Source: Macrostomum lignano
Taxonomy: Eukaryota
Assembly (NCBI GenBank): GCA_002269645.1
Contig: NIVC01002415.1
Coordinates: 1-37,987 of the forward strand
DNA: 37,987 bases
Direction: 5' to 3'
The notes beneath the pieces are model-generated. The model saw only the letters and a list, made by a program, of their open reading frames with translations, did no database searches and was not told where the DNA came from. The first letter of the stretch is position 1, and each line of letters opens with the position of its first letter. Of this stretch, positions 1-11,700 are shown in pieces. Both the position numbers and the translations under genes were made by a program.

Positions 1-1376
1 GCGCGCGGGGCCGCCAATCTTGTGGAGGGTCTCATTAACTCATTAACGCCCGCAAAGTATGGGTATTACTATTATTGTGCCATAGACATTTGTGTCCTTG
101 ACAAAGACGTGGAACAAAATTAGCATTAACTGCCCGCTAATTTGCATTAAAGTAAGTTTGACTCCTGCAAGCGGGCTTAAATGTAGTCTATGGCATTAAA
201 AGGCAAGAATAAGTGCCCAGCGGCACAAAGGTCATGGTACAATTATGGGGTGGGTGGGCGCGCGTTACTTCTGCCAATTTTTGGTATATGGACAGTTAAT
301 ATGTACAGCTAATTCTGCGTACACCAATGCATTGAAACTTGGGGGCTGGGTGCGCTTATGCGTACAACAACGGCTACGGTGAAGCGCTAATTATGCGTAC
401 TATATTGTACTGGTCATATCGCTTCTGTACGACACAGTGCACACTGATTACATTTATAATTAGATTTACATGAGAGTTACATGCATGAATATCTCACATA
501 ATGACTTACATGAATCGAGGGTCTGGACCAATTAGAAGAGGTCTAGTGCATTTAGATAGGCGTTGAATTTGCATTTGCTCTGACACCCACCTCACCTCCA
601 AAATCAACACTTATCTGCACGTTACGTAGTGGCTGCCTGCCTTGGCAGAGTCCCTGATGAGGGTAATGGAGCCATGGTGGTGAGCCTTGTGCCACCAAAG
701 GCAGATGAGACAGTTTTTTGGACCCCAGTAGTCCACTGACTGCTCTTCCAACTTGGGCCACCATTTCCTTTGGTTGAAGGCTGAAGCAGCAAATCTTGGA
801 TCCTTTAAAAGAAAAAAGATAAAGAAAAAATTGTATTGTATATACTTTTAAGTTTCTTCTAAATCATAACTTTCTTCTAAAAAAATGTTTTTTCTTAAAA
901 GTATTAAATAATATTCAGTAAGCTTACCATTTCCATGAATGAAGGATAATAGCCAATAGGAACAACCATAGGAGTAGAGATGCTAATACCGGGATCCCGG
1001 TTTCGAAAAATATCGGTTTTTTGGCCATTTTTTCGGTATTACCAATACCGGTATTAGGGTCCGGTATTGGTCCGGTAATGGTCTAAAATTATGTCTGTAT
1101 TTTTACAAATTTGCTATTTTTTGTTAAAATTGCATTTTCCTAGACATTAAAAAATGCTTTTGCTTCGGCTTTTTAGCTCTAAATTTCCTCGGGATTTGGG
1201 GATTTCTTAGAATTGGGGAAAATTTTCACTTTCTGCTACTATAAGGAGTAAGCCTGGGGATACTCCTGGTGGCGTGCACCTGATCGGCGGGAGAGCAGCC
1301 GGAGGGCAAGGCGGGGGGGGGGGTGAGAGCGGCGGCTCAGGGGGCGGTGGGAGCGGCAGCAGCGGGGGAGGGACCT

Positions 1377-1405
1377 CCCTAACCCTAACCCTAACCCTAA
1401 CCCTA
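1377..1405 (+). repeat. Interstitial telomere-like repeat (CCCTAA)4
   Basis: Four CCCTAA copies plus CCCTA, directly abutting the 22-bp minisatellite. Confidence 0.9.
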
Positions 1406-2430
1406 GACGTCGTCCCCAAGGGCCAGGACGTGGTCCCGAGGCGGGGACGTGGTCCCGATTCAGGGGACGTAGTTCCCGAGGACGGGGACGTGGTCGCCGA
1501 GAGCGTGGTCCCTGAAGGGGGGACGTGATCTATTAAGGCGGGGACGTGATCTATTAAGGCGGGGACGTGGTCCCGATTGAGGGACGTGGTACCCGAAGGC
1601 AGGGGACGTGGTACCCGAAGGCAGGGGACGTGGTCCCCGAAGGCAGGGGACGTGGTCCCCGAAGGCAGGGGACGTGGTGCCCGAAGGCAGGGGACGTGGT
1701 CCCCGAAGGCAGGGGACGTGATCCCAGAAGGTGGGGACATGGTCACAGAAGGCGGGGACGTGGTCCCGATTCAGGGGACGTGGTCCCGAAGGCAGGGGAC
1801 GTGGTCCCGAAGGCAGGGGACGTGGTCCCCGAAGGCAGGGGACGTGGTCCCCGAAGGCAGGGGACGTGGTCCCCGAAGGCAGGGGACGTGGTCCCGAAGG
1901 CAGGGGACGTGGTCCCCGAAGGCAGGGGACGTGGTCCCCGAAGGCAGGGGACGTGGTCCCCGAAGGCAGGGGACGTGGTCCCCGAAGGCAGGGGACGTGG
2001 TCCCCGAAGGCAGGGGACGTGGTCCCCGAAGGCAGGGGACGTGGTCCCCGAAGGCAGGGGACGTGGTCCCCGAAGGCAGGGGACGTGGTCCCCGAAGGCA
2101 GGGGACGTGGTCCCCGAAGGCAGGGGACGTGGTCCCCGAAGGCAGGGGACGTGGTCCCGAAGGCAGGGGACGTGGTCCCCGAAGGCAGGGGACGTGGTCC
2201 CAGAAGGTGGGGACGTGGTCACAGAAGCCGGGGACGTGGTCCCGATTCAGGGGACGTAGTTTCCGAGGACGGGGACGTGGTCACCGAGGGCGTGGTCCCT
2301 GAAGGCGGGGACGTGATCTATTAAGGCGGGGACGTGGTCCCGATTCAGGGGACGTGGTCCCCAAGAGCGGTGACGTGATCCCAGAAGGTGGGGACGTGGT
2401 CACAGAAGTCGGGGACAAGGCTGGGAAGTG
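1406..2430. repeat. GC-rich 22-bp minisatellite (GGGGACGTGGTCCCCGAAGGCA)
   Basis: Near-perfect copies in the core (~1590-2200) with 21-bp variants. A variant block (gattcaggggacgtagtt...gatctattaaggc) recurs at ~1450-1575 and ~2236-2345. It explains all overlapping ORFs at 1207-2493. Confidence 0.95.
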
Positions 2431-2695
2431 GTCTCCGAAGGCCACAAAAAACTTATTATTTGTGCACTTATGTGCTGAGCCAATCTCAAACACGTCCTAG
2501 AATGTGGAGACTTCAGAGACGTGCTGCAAAATTGAAACTCCAGCAGTGGAGGATAAAGGAAACTCCAATATTGGATCGGTGGTCCAGTTGAGCTCGCAGT
2601 GTGATGAAGAACTGCTCAGCGGCTCGAGTCGTTTCGATTAGTTGTAAGTTGCGGTAGCATTTGACTACTTGCAGAATCTTTACTGGTAGCTGCTG

Positions 2696-3945
2696 TCAAG
2701 GAGATGTCTGAAGGGGAGTACGACGTTTGCTTGCGGAAAGTTTGCTTGCCGAACTTTGCTTGCAGGAATTTTGCTTGCCGAACTTCGCTTGCCGAATTTT
2801 GCTTGCAGGAAATTTGCTTGCTGCACATAAGCTTGCCGAAGTTTGCTTGCAGGAATTTTGCTTGCCGAACTTTGCTTGCCGAGCTTTGCTTGCGGAATTT
2901 TGCTTGCCGAACTTTTCTTGCCGAACTTTGCTTGCGGAATTTTGCCTGCCGAACTTTGCTTGCCGAACTTTGCTTGCGGAATTTTGCTTGCTGAAGTTTG
3001 CTTGCCGAACTTTGCTTGCCGAACTTTGCTTGCAGGAAATTTGCTTGCAGGAACTTTGCTTGCCGAACTTTGCTTGCGAAATTTTGATGTCTGCTTTCTA
3101 GAAATTTGCAATCACACAATCGCAAGGTTTTAACTTGCACAATTATTTTCTTGTTTGCTTGCTTGTTTTGATTGCTTGTAAAGTTGGTCAGTCAATTATT
3201 ACTTACTACAGATGCTTTGCAAGTGGATTCTTATCAGGTTCGACGTAAACTGACTTGACACGAAGCTTTCAAACTAGGCTTATAGAGTTTCATTCTAAGA
3301 ATGTAGTATATAGAATGCTTAGAGATTTAGTATAGGTAGATAGGGATCGGTAACAGTATAAATCTTTGTAGTTCCTGAGTTCAGCACGATTGAGCAGGTA
3401 TGATAATTGCAGTGATGCTAATGTATAATAATGCATATACTAATAATATTTTAGTATATAAAATGCAGTTAATAATCCGCCATATCCTCATACAAAATCA
3501 TAACACTATAGGCGACTTCCACGAATCTTAGAAAATGAAAATTAGAAATACAAGAGCTCAAAAATAGGTTTCTTTAAGGTCCCGCAAAACTTTGGCTGGC
3601 AAACCTCGCAAGAAAATTTCCTGCAAGCAAAGTTCGGCAAGCAAATTTCCTGCAAGCAAACTTCGGCAAGCTTATGTGCAGCAAGCAAATTTCCTGCAAG
3701 CAAAATTCGGCAAGCGAAGTTCGGCAAGCAAAGTTCGGCAAGCAAAGCTCGGCAAGCAAACTTCGGCAGGCAAAATTCCGCAAGCAAAGTTCGGCAAGCA
3801 GACTTCGGCAAGCAAATTTCCGCAAGCAAAAGTCCCGCAAGCAAACTTCGGCAAGCAAACTTCTCGCAAGCAAATTTCATAGACCCGTCTGAAGCCTGGA
3901 GCGGTTCCATCCATCTTCCCGAATGCTCCCCTCTACTTGTCATCT
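2696..3945 (+). pseudogene. THAP-domain remnant split by the foldback insertion
   Basis: Removing the element plus one TSD gives SRRCLK|PGAVPSIFPNAPLYLSS, matching the THAP C-terminal AVPxIF motif. The upstream C2CH residues are not cleanly recoverable and there is an in-frame TAG at 2687-2689. Confidence 0.45.
2714..3886. mobile_element. Non-autonomous foldback-type DNA transposon with long, internally repetitive inverted arms
   Basis: Left arm 2714-~3085 is made of ~15-bp TTTGCTTGCCGAACT units; right arm ~3590-3886 is the reverse complement. Termini are GGG...CCC. Perfect 8-bp flanking duplication GTCTGAAG at 2706-2713 and 3887-3894. AT-rich non-coding spacer. Confidence 0.85.
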
Positions 3946-5120
3946 GACGCTAACCATGGCTATATAAGCTCCAGTAAAGGGCGACAGCTGCCGGCTGGAC
4001 ATCCTCAGCTAGACTCTCAAACGTTCCTTCATCACCCCGACGCCGTCGGCTCCTTCAACAAGATTTTTCATCATCCTTTACATTTTAAAGCTCCTAAAAT
4101 TATTTTGCGCATTATATTCGGCGTAGACTCATATTACTGTATTTTTACATGCTCTTAAGGTATTGCTACTCGCTGGCTATTACTCGCACTTCTTTATTGG
4201 CAAGTTGTTTAGTCTACCTACCTGTTGAAACTCAAGAAACTCCGCTTGGGTGAAAGCCAGTAACCAACGAAGTCAGCGCTGATGCAAACACATGTAGTCA
4301 ACATCCTGATGAAATCTGGTGGCTTGGAAGGGCCGCACTGCTTGACTGGAGACTTGGTTCTTGTTTGAGAAGGTGCGCAACAAAAAGTTAGCCCGGCGCA
4401 ACAAAAAATTTTCTGGGGAATCCCCCCCCCGGTAGTTCGACTATGGTATTCGACTAAAATGGCTTCATTCGTATTCCTACTGTAAATTCCTTATTTTTAA
4501 CAGTAATCACAATTAACTATGTACTTTGCATGTATTTTAATGCATGCATACATGTACATTTAGCTACAGTTTTGATCAAATTTCAGGTAATGGGGTATCG
4601 CACCATTCGCTCTTTTAGACGACATTTCGATCATGCACTAACTACGTCGCTTAAATAGTGATGAAAATGCGAGACAAATTTTCCGCGTGTTGCATAGCCA
4701 GCAAGCCAGTGCGCAGCTATAAATAAACTTGTGCGAGTACGTTTGTTTATTTTGATTATTAAAGTTGCCGGAGAGTACTGTTGAGACTTTTAGATTCTAA
4801 ATGAACGAAAAAATCGCTGTATAAAAGTTTATTAAGCGAATTTTTTTATATGGACGCGATTTTTCGGAACTTAAAAATGGAAGCGAATAAGCAAACAGTG
4901 CTACTTTTTCTGGGTTTTGCTAGAAAATTTAAGGGAGTGCAAAATAAAATAATTACTTGTAGGAGGTGCCTTGATGGATTGCTACAGAATATAGTACTAC
5001 AACTATATACGAGTATCTTAGAGTAAGCGCGAATATACTTCGGACTGTCAGGATTACATGAATTAAGTCAGACTCCACTCATAAAAATGAAGTGCAGGTC
5101 ATTATCGAAATAGCCGGCAC

Positions 5121-5952
5121 TCAATCCACAATCATGCGTCCTTTGCCGAAGTTCATTCCGGCCTGACTGGCGCCCTTGTTGAAGCCCGCCTGCAGCCCAA
5201 TAACCGACTTGCTGGCGTTCATCTGTTCCTCGCTGAACTCCCGTTTGTTCTCCTCTGAAAGCTTTGGCCCCAGCACCGGGCCGGTGAATTCTGGGTGCAC
5301 CTGGCACTGAAAATTATTACTTCAATGCGTTAGTGAGCCACTCAGTCCGTTTTCAGACATCTCATAGTTATACCCACTATGGCTTAATTGTGACTCACCG
5401 TGCGGCCCAGAGCGAACAGGCACTGGGTAACCTGGCTGATGTCCTTCTTTTCGTACAGATCCACGGTCTGGAAAACATCAGTCGTGGGGACGCCGTAGGC
5501 CTTAATAGCATTCTGGAACGCATTGATGTTCTCCATTATCTTGAAGGGCATGCTGTTGGCTTCATTAATCTTCTTTACGCTGCCCGGCTTGATCTTGTTC
5601 ATCAGCTTGCACAGCACGATGCCTGCAATGTCGTGAATGGTTTTTGATATTAAATAAAACAAATGTTTAATGCACATGTAAATTTCACTTTTCGAATATC
5701 TCACCATTCTGCAGGATATTCTCATAGCCCTTATCTCTCTCTAGCTTCTCGCCAATAATAGCCTCAATCCAGTCGAGCACTTCAGCCTCCTGTCCTGGAT
5801 CGCGCTTTCCATCAAGCTGCGGAGTGAACACATTCCCTTACATAAATTACTTTATGTAAGTCAGTCAACATAATAAAAAATGAAAATCCTGTGTTACAAA
5901 CCTTTTTTTTGATCTGGGCGCTCAAGCCGTATGCAAGACCCTGGTTTGACAT
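5121..5952 (-). CDS. Calponin-family muscle protein (myophilin / Mp20-like), 190 aa, 4 exons
   Basis: Exons 5952-5902, 5816-5705, 5622-5399 and 5306-5121. GT-AG introns of 85, 82 and 92 nt with consistent phases; 573 nt from ATG to TGA. The protein MSNQGLAYGLSAQIKKKLDGKRDPGQEAEVLDWIE...DVFQTVDLYEKKDISQVTQCLFALGR...IGLQAGFNKGASQAGMNFGKGRMIVD is a CH domain plus one calponin repeat. Confidence 0.95.
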
Positions 5953-6526
5953 GGCTGGCTTGACTAGACTGATATAGCGCAATTTTCAGGATGGTGAAAG
6001 CAGCGAGATCAGGGCCACAGGATCGCTAGGTTTTATTCCTCTCCCTCATTCCAGCCTTATCCTGGCAAAAGCTTACCTTTTCACTTGCCATACCAACCCT
6101 CCCGTCCATCGAGGCCGATCGATAAACTTCATCCCTGCGGGCTTCGGCTAACCTTTGCAGCAGGAGCGACGTAAACATCACCGCCCACGGTTTGCGAGCG
6201 GGTTGTGCAGGAGGCCGAACCAGGGTAGGATTTAGCAGAAATGGTTTCGGGTCTCTGGACGCCAAATCACCCGTGTACTGCAGCTGAAGCCAACTGCACC
6301 AGAACGATCAGACTTTGTCATCCTATTTTGGTCTTCCTGATCCAGTTCTTCCTTTACCCTCTTCCCACAACCTGAAAATCGTTGATCCCTACTTTTCTTT
6401 TTCTAAAGCTGCAGCGGAATCGCAGCGGCAAATGAAGAGTTGAAAGAATGCCCAAGACATTTCGGCTGTTCGAATAGAAGACTGTGAGCAAAGGTTTTGG
6501 CAGTACAGGCCCCACTGGGAAAAACG

Positions 6527-6745
6527 ATGTCGAAACGACGTCGTTTTGCGATGTCGTTTTGACGTTGTGGTTTGTCCCCGCCCTACTACGTCGTTTCGAC
6601 ATCGTATTTATATCGTTTCGACGTCGTATGTATGTCGTTTCGACATAGTATGTACGTCGTTTTTACAACGTATGTATGTCGCAAAATCGTATTGATGTCG
6701 TATTCATTTTCATGTAGTTTTCGCGGCTCTCGCGTGTCGTAAAAT
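6527..6745. repeat. Degenerate CpG-rich repeat (GTCGTTTCGAC / ATGTCG motifs)
   Basis: Recurrent tcgtttcgac, acgtcgt and tatgtcg words over ~220 bp; no exact period established. Confidence 0.55.
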
Positions 6746-7228
6746 GCAATTTAATCTATCTGCTGTTGGTAATGTCCTGCTACAAATTTTCTAAGCCATA
6801 AAAAACTATCATATACAAGTAGAATAGTAGAAAATAGTAGAAAATGTTTCTTTGCTAGATGGTAATGTACTATTGGTTCAACTTCACTCGAGCTCCAGTA
6901 TAAAATGATAGACAAGCGCACAGAATCACACAGATCATACAGACGTACTATTCTGTGCCAGTACGCTATAGCTATTTGTAGAAAAACCGTTAAATTCAAT
7001 TATTGTGCAAGTATTGAAATGAGTAAAGGGTTGTATGTAAGGCAAACCATTTTTAGTATATGGACGATATAATCGTGTTTAAATATAATGGCACACAAGG
7101 TAACAACAGATGAATTACGAAAAAGTATAATTTGTATGATTTTTTCTTCTGGCAAAATGAAACATGACCATGGCAAAAAGAGAAAAAGGAGTGAGAAATA
7201 GACGAAAAAGAGAGAGACAGAAGAATAG

Positions 7229-7231
<3 letters not shown>

Positions 7232-7267
<36 letters not shown>

Positions 7268-7286
7268 ACGAGAGCGAGAGAGAGAG

Positions 7287-7324
<38 letters not shown>
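7232..7324. repeat. (GA)n microsatellite
   Basis: Direct read, with a few interruptions. Confidence 0.95.
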
Positions 7325-7330
<6 letters not shown>

Positions 7331-8639
7331 GAAAAGTTCGTAACCCGTAAACTAAAAGAAAAAAGAAAACTATAAACTATTTTGGTAACAGTAACAGTGA
7401 TAACAGTAAACTAACTGCATAAAAAATTGAAACATTGATAACAGGGCTCAATGAGCTATAGCGAGCATTATAGATGAACTGTGAAAACATTGCACTGCAA
7501 AATAAAAAGGAAAACTTCTTCGAAAAAGAAGAAAAAGCAAATTTGATAACAGCAAACAGCGAGAACTACATGAGAAAAAGAAGTACTGATTAAATGGCTC
7601 AATGAGCTAGCATCTATTCCAAATACTTAAATTAGTATTATAATCTGTAGGGTCCTTCTGTATGGTTACATCTAACAATAGGGTTAGCCTATAGGCCTAT
7701 TGGTAATTAACCAAGGTGGTGCAGTGACGTCACGACAGATTAGGAGAATCCGCAGCGAGTGACAGGTAAGGATGCTGTGGTTGATGACAGGATTTTAAGT
7801 GAGAACAGGAGTAACAGGTGGATCTTGCAACTGGAAAAGATCGCATTGGAAAGAAATGCGGGCATGGCGACTGCAATGACTGCAGAGGATCCAACATCTG
7901 TACTGTGGTGCGAAGAGAACGATAAGGTCAAAGATGATCTTGAGGAGTGTGGCACCTGGGCATGTCGGCTTCGAGAAGCAATGGACAGAGGCTGGATAGG
8001 TTCACTGACAGCTATCATGTAAAGTAGGTCTGAGCCTATGAAGGATTTTGGACCACCTCCAATGAGGGGAAAATAAGCAGTGCGCAGGTTGTTTTTGTCA
8101 CTGTTCCACTTCATTCCTCCTCCCCAGTCGCTGATTCACATCTCGCAGGTACCAGCCAATGCATGCCCCGATGGCTGCGTCTGTCGTTTGGTACTTGGCA
8201 TCGTGTCTAAAAAGAAGGGTGATATTTAAAAGGGTGTTTCGCTGCTCCTGCTTGTTTGCTTAGTACGCATAAGCAACCTTATTAAAAAACGATGCAAAAT
8301 GATGCGTAAAATCTGCGTTACTTATTTAAATTAGAATTCTCAGAAAAGATGATGCAAAAAATTATTTACTGATTATTAAGCTCAAAGAGGTGATCATTTA
8401 TAAATGCATTTATCAGTGTATGCGTTAAATTATTTCACCAACCGCTAAATTGATCGTCATCTATGACAACAAAAAAAGACAAAATACGCTGACAATAAAA
8501 TACGCTGTCAGTGTCACAGGACGCGCCGAGGGCCAGGTCACGAATGAACGCCACGCCGCCGGCCGAATCAGGGGCGGCGGCGTCAGCGAGCAGGCAGTCG
8601 ACGATGAAACACCGAGCAGCGTCAGCAGCAGCAGCACCT

Positions 8640-9290
8640 CATCTCATGCACCGCATCTGCCGCGGCCCCCGGACCCTGGACCGCCTGGGGTCGGAAATCT
8701 GGCGGCTTATTAATTAATTGCCGGCCTGCATCTGTCTTCACCTCCAGTGGATATCCGGCCATGCGGGCATCCAAGGCAACGAGGACGCGGACCAGGCTGC
8801 CCGTCAGGCGCTCGATATGGATCAAGGCCCCGTGACTGCCAGCAGCGAAGCAGCGGCCCCCGTCGCCACCAGGACCATCTTGCGGACCTGGCGGAATATC
8901 CGCAAAAGGTCGCACCCGCTCCGCAGCGACACTCCGGGACACGACGACCTGGACCGCTGGGGCCAAGTCATTGTTAGCCAACTCCGCACGCTCCTCACCT
9001 CCGTCACCAGAGACTCGACTCACCGCTTTGGCCTGGCCCTGGATGATGGGTGCCCAGCGTGCAGGGAACCTGACAGTGCAGTTCACCTCCTCATCGACTG
9101 TCCGCACTACCAACCGGCTCGTAGTCAGGTCTGGGGAGGTGGCTGCATCAGCATCGACGACGTTTTCAGTAGGGAAGCGCGCCTCATCTGCCGCTACCTG
9201 CGCAGTGTGGGCCGCACGGACCCGCCTATTGATGATCCTGGCGGGCCGACGGCCCCTGCCCCTTGCCCGCGGGCGAGGACAGGCAGGAGT

Positions 9291-9292
<2 letters not shown>
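8640..9292 (+). mobile_element. 5'-truncated non-LTR retrotransposon 3' end (RNase H plus C-terminal CCHC knuckle)
   Basis: One frame across a TAA at 8715-8717 reads GSEIWRLIN*LPACICLHLQWISGHAGIQGNEDADQAARQAL (RNase H C-terminal motif) and CPACREPDSAVHLLIDC (CCHC). This layout is typical of RNase H-bearing LINE clades (I/Ingi/R1/Tad1 group). Confidence 0.85.

Positions 9293-9355
<63 letters not shown>
9293..9355. repeat. (AG)n microsatellite at the LINE 3' end
   Basis: About 31 perfect AG units. Confidence 0.95.
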
Positions 9356-9357
<2 letters not shown>

Positions 9358-9642
9358 CACCTCCTGCACCGACTGTGGGCAGTACGTCTCGGCGCGGATG
9401 ATGTGGCTTACTAGCTGGAGTCGCCGATGGCGCAACAGGTTGCTTGGACGGACCAGGCGTGCTCTCAATGTTTGGAATTCTTTCGTCAATTGTAAGCCGA
9501 AATGTTAGATTTACACGTAGTTCTCGTACCTTCGGGTCTTTTGGTACTGAGTGTAGCAAGTGTTTTTGTGTTTCTCCGCTCATGATTAGCAGACTGCCAG
9601 ATGCCAGTTTTTGCGAAAATACTACATTTGCTGCGTTTTTTA

Positions 9643-9804
<162 letters not shown>

Positions 9805-9828
9805 CTAGCCAGGTAGCTAGTCGCGTTA

Positions 9829-10311
9829 TCAACGGGTGCCAGTTGTCGTTCGCTTCGATTTTTGATCTTCCATAGGCGTACTCGGGCCATACCACATAAT
9901 CTTGCGGTTCTCGGGCCTCCCGTTGGTGTTGTGATGAAACGCCTTTAGAGCAATATCTTTTTCAATCATTTTTAGTAATTCATTAGGATTCTTAATGGCG
10001 TGTGGCGCATAGAGTACCTCACAGTTATTAGGAAATTTTTCGAGTTTTTCGTCTGTGCGATCTGGAGCCATTAGTTCAAACATGCTTTTGTTGTAGCAGA
10101 CCGCCTTGGGCTGGCTTGGTCTTCTTTTGTCCGTTCCGTTAGCCGTAGTTGCTCCTTGCACCGTAGCATGGTCAGTTGACGTAGGTCTTGCTGAGACTGA
10201 TGTCCTTGTGTTTGGCTTTTTGATAGTCGTGGCGGACGGAAGGGCCGTCGGCGAATCGGTATCTCGGGCAATTCGTTTCCCGTTTTCAGTGATTTCCTTA
10301 CTGCTACTCAT
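9829..10311 (-). CDS. Unassigned 160-aa ORF (possibly a retroelement ORF1/gag N-terminus)
   Basis: ATG-initiated and non-repetitive, with a basic Ser/Thr-rich N-terminus. No domain recognised. Confidence 0.25.
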   Translation of the reverse strand: MSSSKEITENGKRIARDTDSPTALPSATTIKKPNTRTSVSARPTSTDHATVQGATTANGTDKRRPSQPKAVCYNKSMFELMAPDRTDEKLEKFPNNCEVLYAPHAIKNPNELLKMIEKDIALKAFHHNTNGRPENRKIMWYGPSTPMEDQKSKRTTTGTR

Positions 10312-11392
10312 TCTTCAGCTATTAATTAGGCTTTTAATATAAAACTATTAAAAGATAAGTAAAACTGAGGTAGCTGGTCAAAATAAATGTCAGTTCAGGG
10401 TAAATACAAGCAGTTTTATAAAACAGAGGGTCAGATAAATGTAAAACAGTTCTAATATAAATTTAAATCAGTTCAATATAAAGAGAAGCTATTGGATTAG
10501 CAACAGTTAATAAGTAGCAGCAGCGTCCGCAAACCTCACACGCACTGCCACGTTAGAGTAAGAAGAAGAGAAAAGAAAAGAGAAGAGAAGAGACCCGACG
10601 AAATTTTGAAATAAATTAAATAATTAATGGAGAAAATTTTTTTTAGATAAAAGAGAGAGAAAGACCGAAAAACCTGAATTAAACTATTTATCCAAAAATA
10701 GGCAAAAAGCAAATAACTTCTAAATTAAAGAAAATAAGTTAAAAATAATTTAATTAATTTTGGAGGAAATTATCAAACTTAAAGGTAATTTAAACTACTT
10801 ATATTAAAAAATAGTGTAAAAGCGTATAGCAGGAAAAATTTGCAAATACGCCTAAAAATTAATTAATTTAGAAAAAAAAATTGGGCAGGGTTTCCCCAGG
10901 CCGAAGCCAATTAAATCAGCGAGGAAATCAAATAAATAGATAATAGCCTAGCTAACTAACAGGACAGCGCGTCCTAGACCCGACCCTTAAGAAGGAAGCC
11001 CTAAAAGCTTAAGACCCGAAAATAAATAAAATTGAGAGCAAAAAGAAAGGGGGGGAGTCTCAGGCCAGGGCAGGTGAGACAGGGACAGTGAAGTAACTAA
11101 AGAAAATAGACCCTAAGACATTCTAAAGGCCAAGAAAAAGAGAAGAAAAAAAACTTTAATCGAAATGAAAAATGAAGATGGAATTCACAATTAACTTACT
11201 GGCAGTAGTTTTGAAGACTTTTCGAGCAGATATCAGACCGGCCGTGCGTTGGCAGTGCGCGCAAGGCTTGGGGGGAGGGAGGACGGAAAATTCATTCCAG
11301 ACGGTCCGAGCTCGATATATTTTGTTTAAAAAAGTTATGACCATTTTCTCTTGCTTTTTAGTTATTTTTTCGACTTTGGCTATTGTCAGTAG

Positions 11393-11700
11393 TATATGGG
11401 TGGCCCAATAGATTTAAGCTTTTTTTCGAGTCGGATTTGATTGGAAATCAATCTAGAAACAATCTCCTACACGAATGAGTTGGTAGTGTGGGAAAAGTTG
11501 ACAAAATAAATAGGGGCCCGGGAGATACACTATACAGAGTTTAGGGAGACTAATACACTTTAGGGTTACCGATATATGGGTGGCCTGAGGGACTTGAGCA
11601 CAGTTTATTGAGTCGAATTGGATTGGAAATCAATCTAGAAATGATTTCCCACACGACTGAGTTGGTAGTGTGGGAAAAGTTGACGAAATACATAGGGGAG
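11393..11700. repeat. Diverged 180-bp tandem duplication
   Basis: tatatgggtggcc occurs at 11393 and 11573, each followed by gattggaaatcaatctagaaa...gagttggtagtgtgggaaaagttgac...ataggg. Confidence 0.85.

Noticed and set aside
611-969. Possible two-exon 77-aa ORF on the minus strand (969-928, 802-611) with CxxC..H..H
   Set aside because: Splice sites are plausible, but there is no recognisable domain and such short models arise by chance.
1406-2430. CRISPR-like appearance of palindromic repeats
   Set aside because: Units are contiguous with no unique spacers, there are no cas genes, and the context is eukaryotic.
2601-2711. C/D snoRNA (GTGATGA...CTGA)
   Set aside because: No terminal stem, and the D box falls inside the foldback TSD and THAP remnant.
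1207-3943. Long ORFs over the 22-bp and 15-bp arrays (also 14368-16309, 18017-18703, 21573-21956)
   Set aside because: They are translations of tandem repeats that lack stop codons in several frames.
7740-8210. GC-richer coding-looking stretch; a minus-strand exon AAIGACIGWYLRD faintly like a BEN-type C-terminus
   Set aside because: All frames contain stops or lack a diagnostic motif; not supportable without a search.
9194-9583. THAP-like LLHSVPKDPKVR on the minus strand
   Set aside because: Lacks the N-terminal CxxxC, the conserved Trp and the CxxH.
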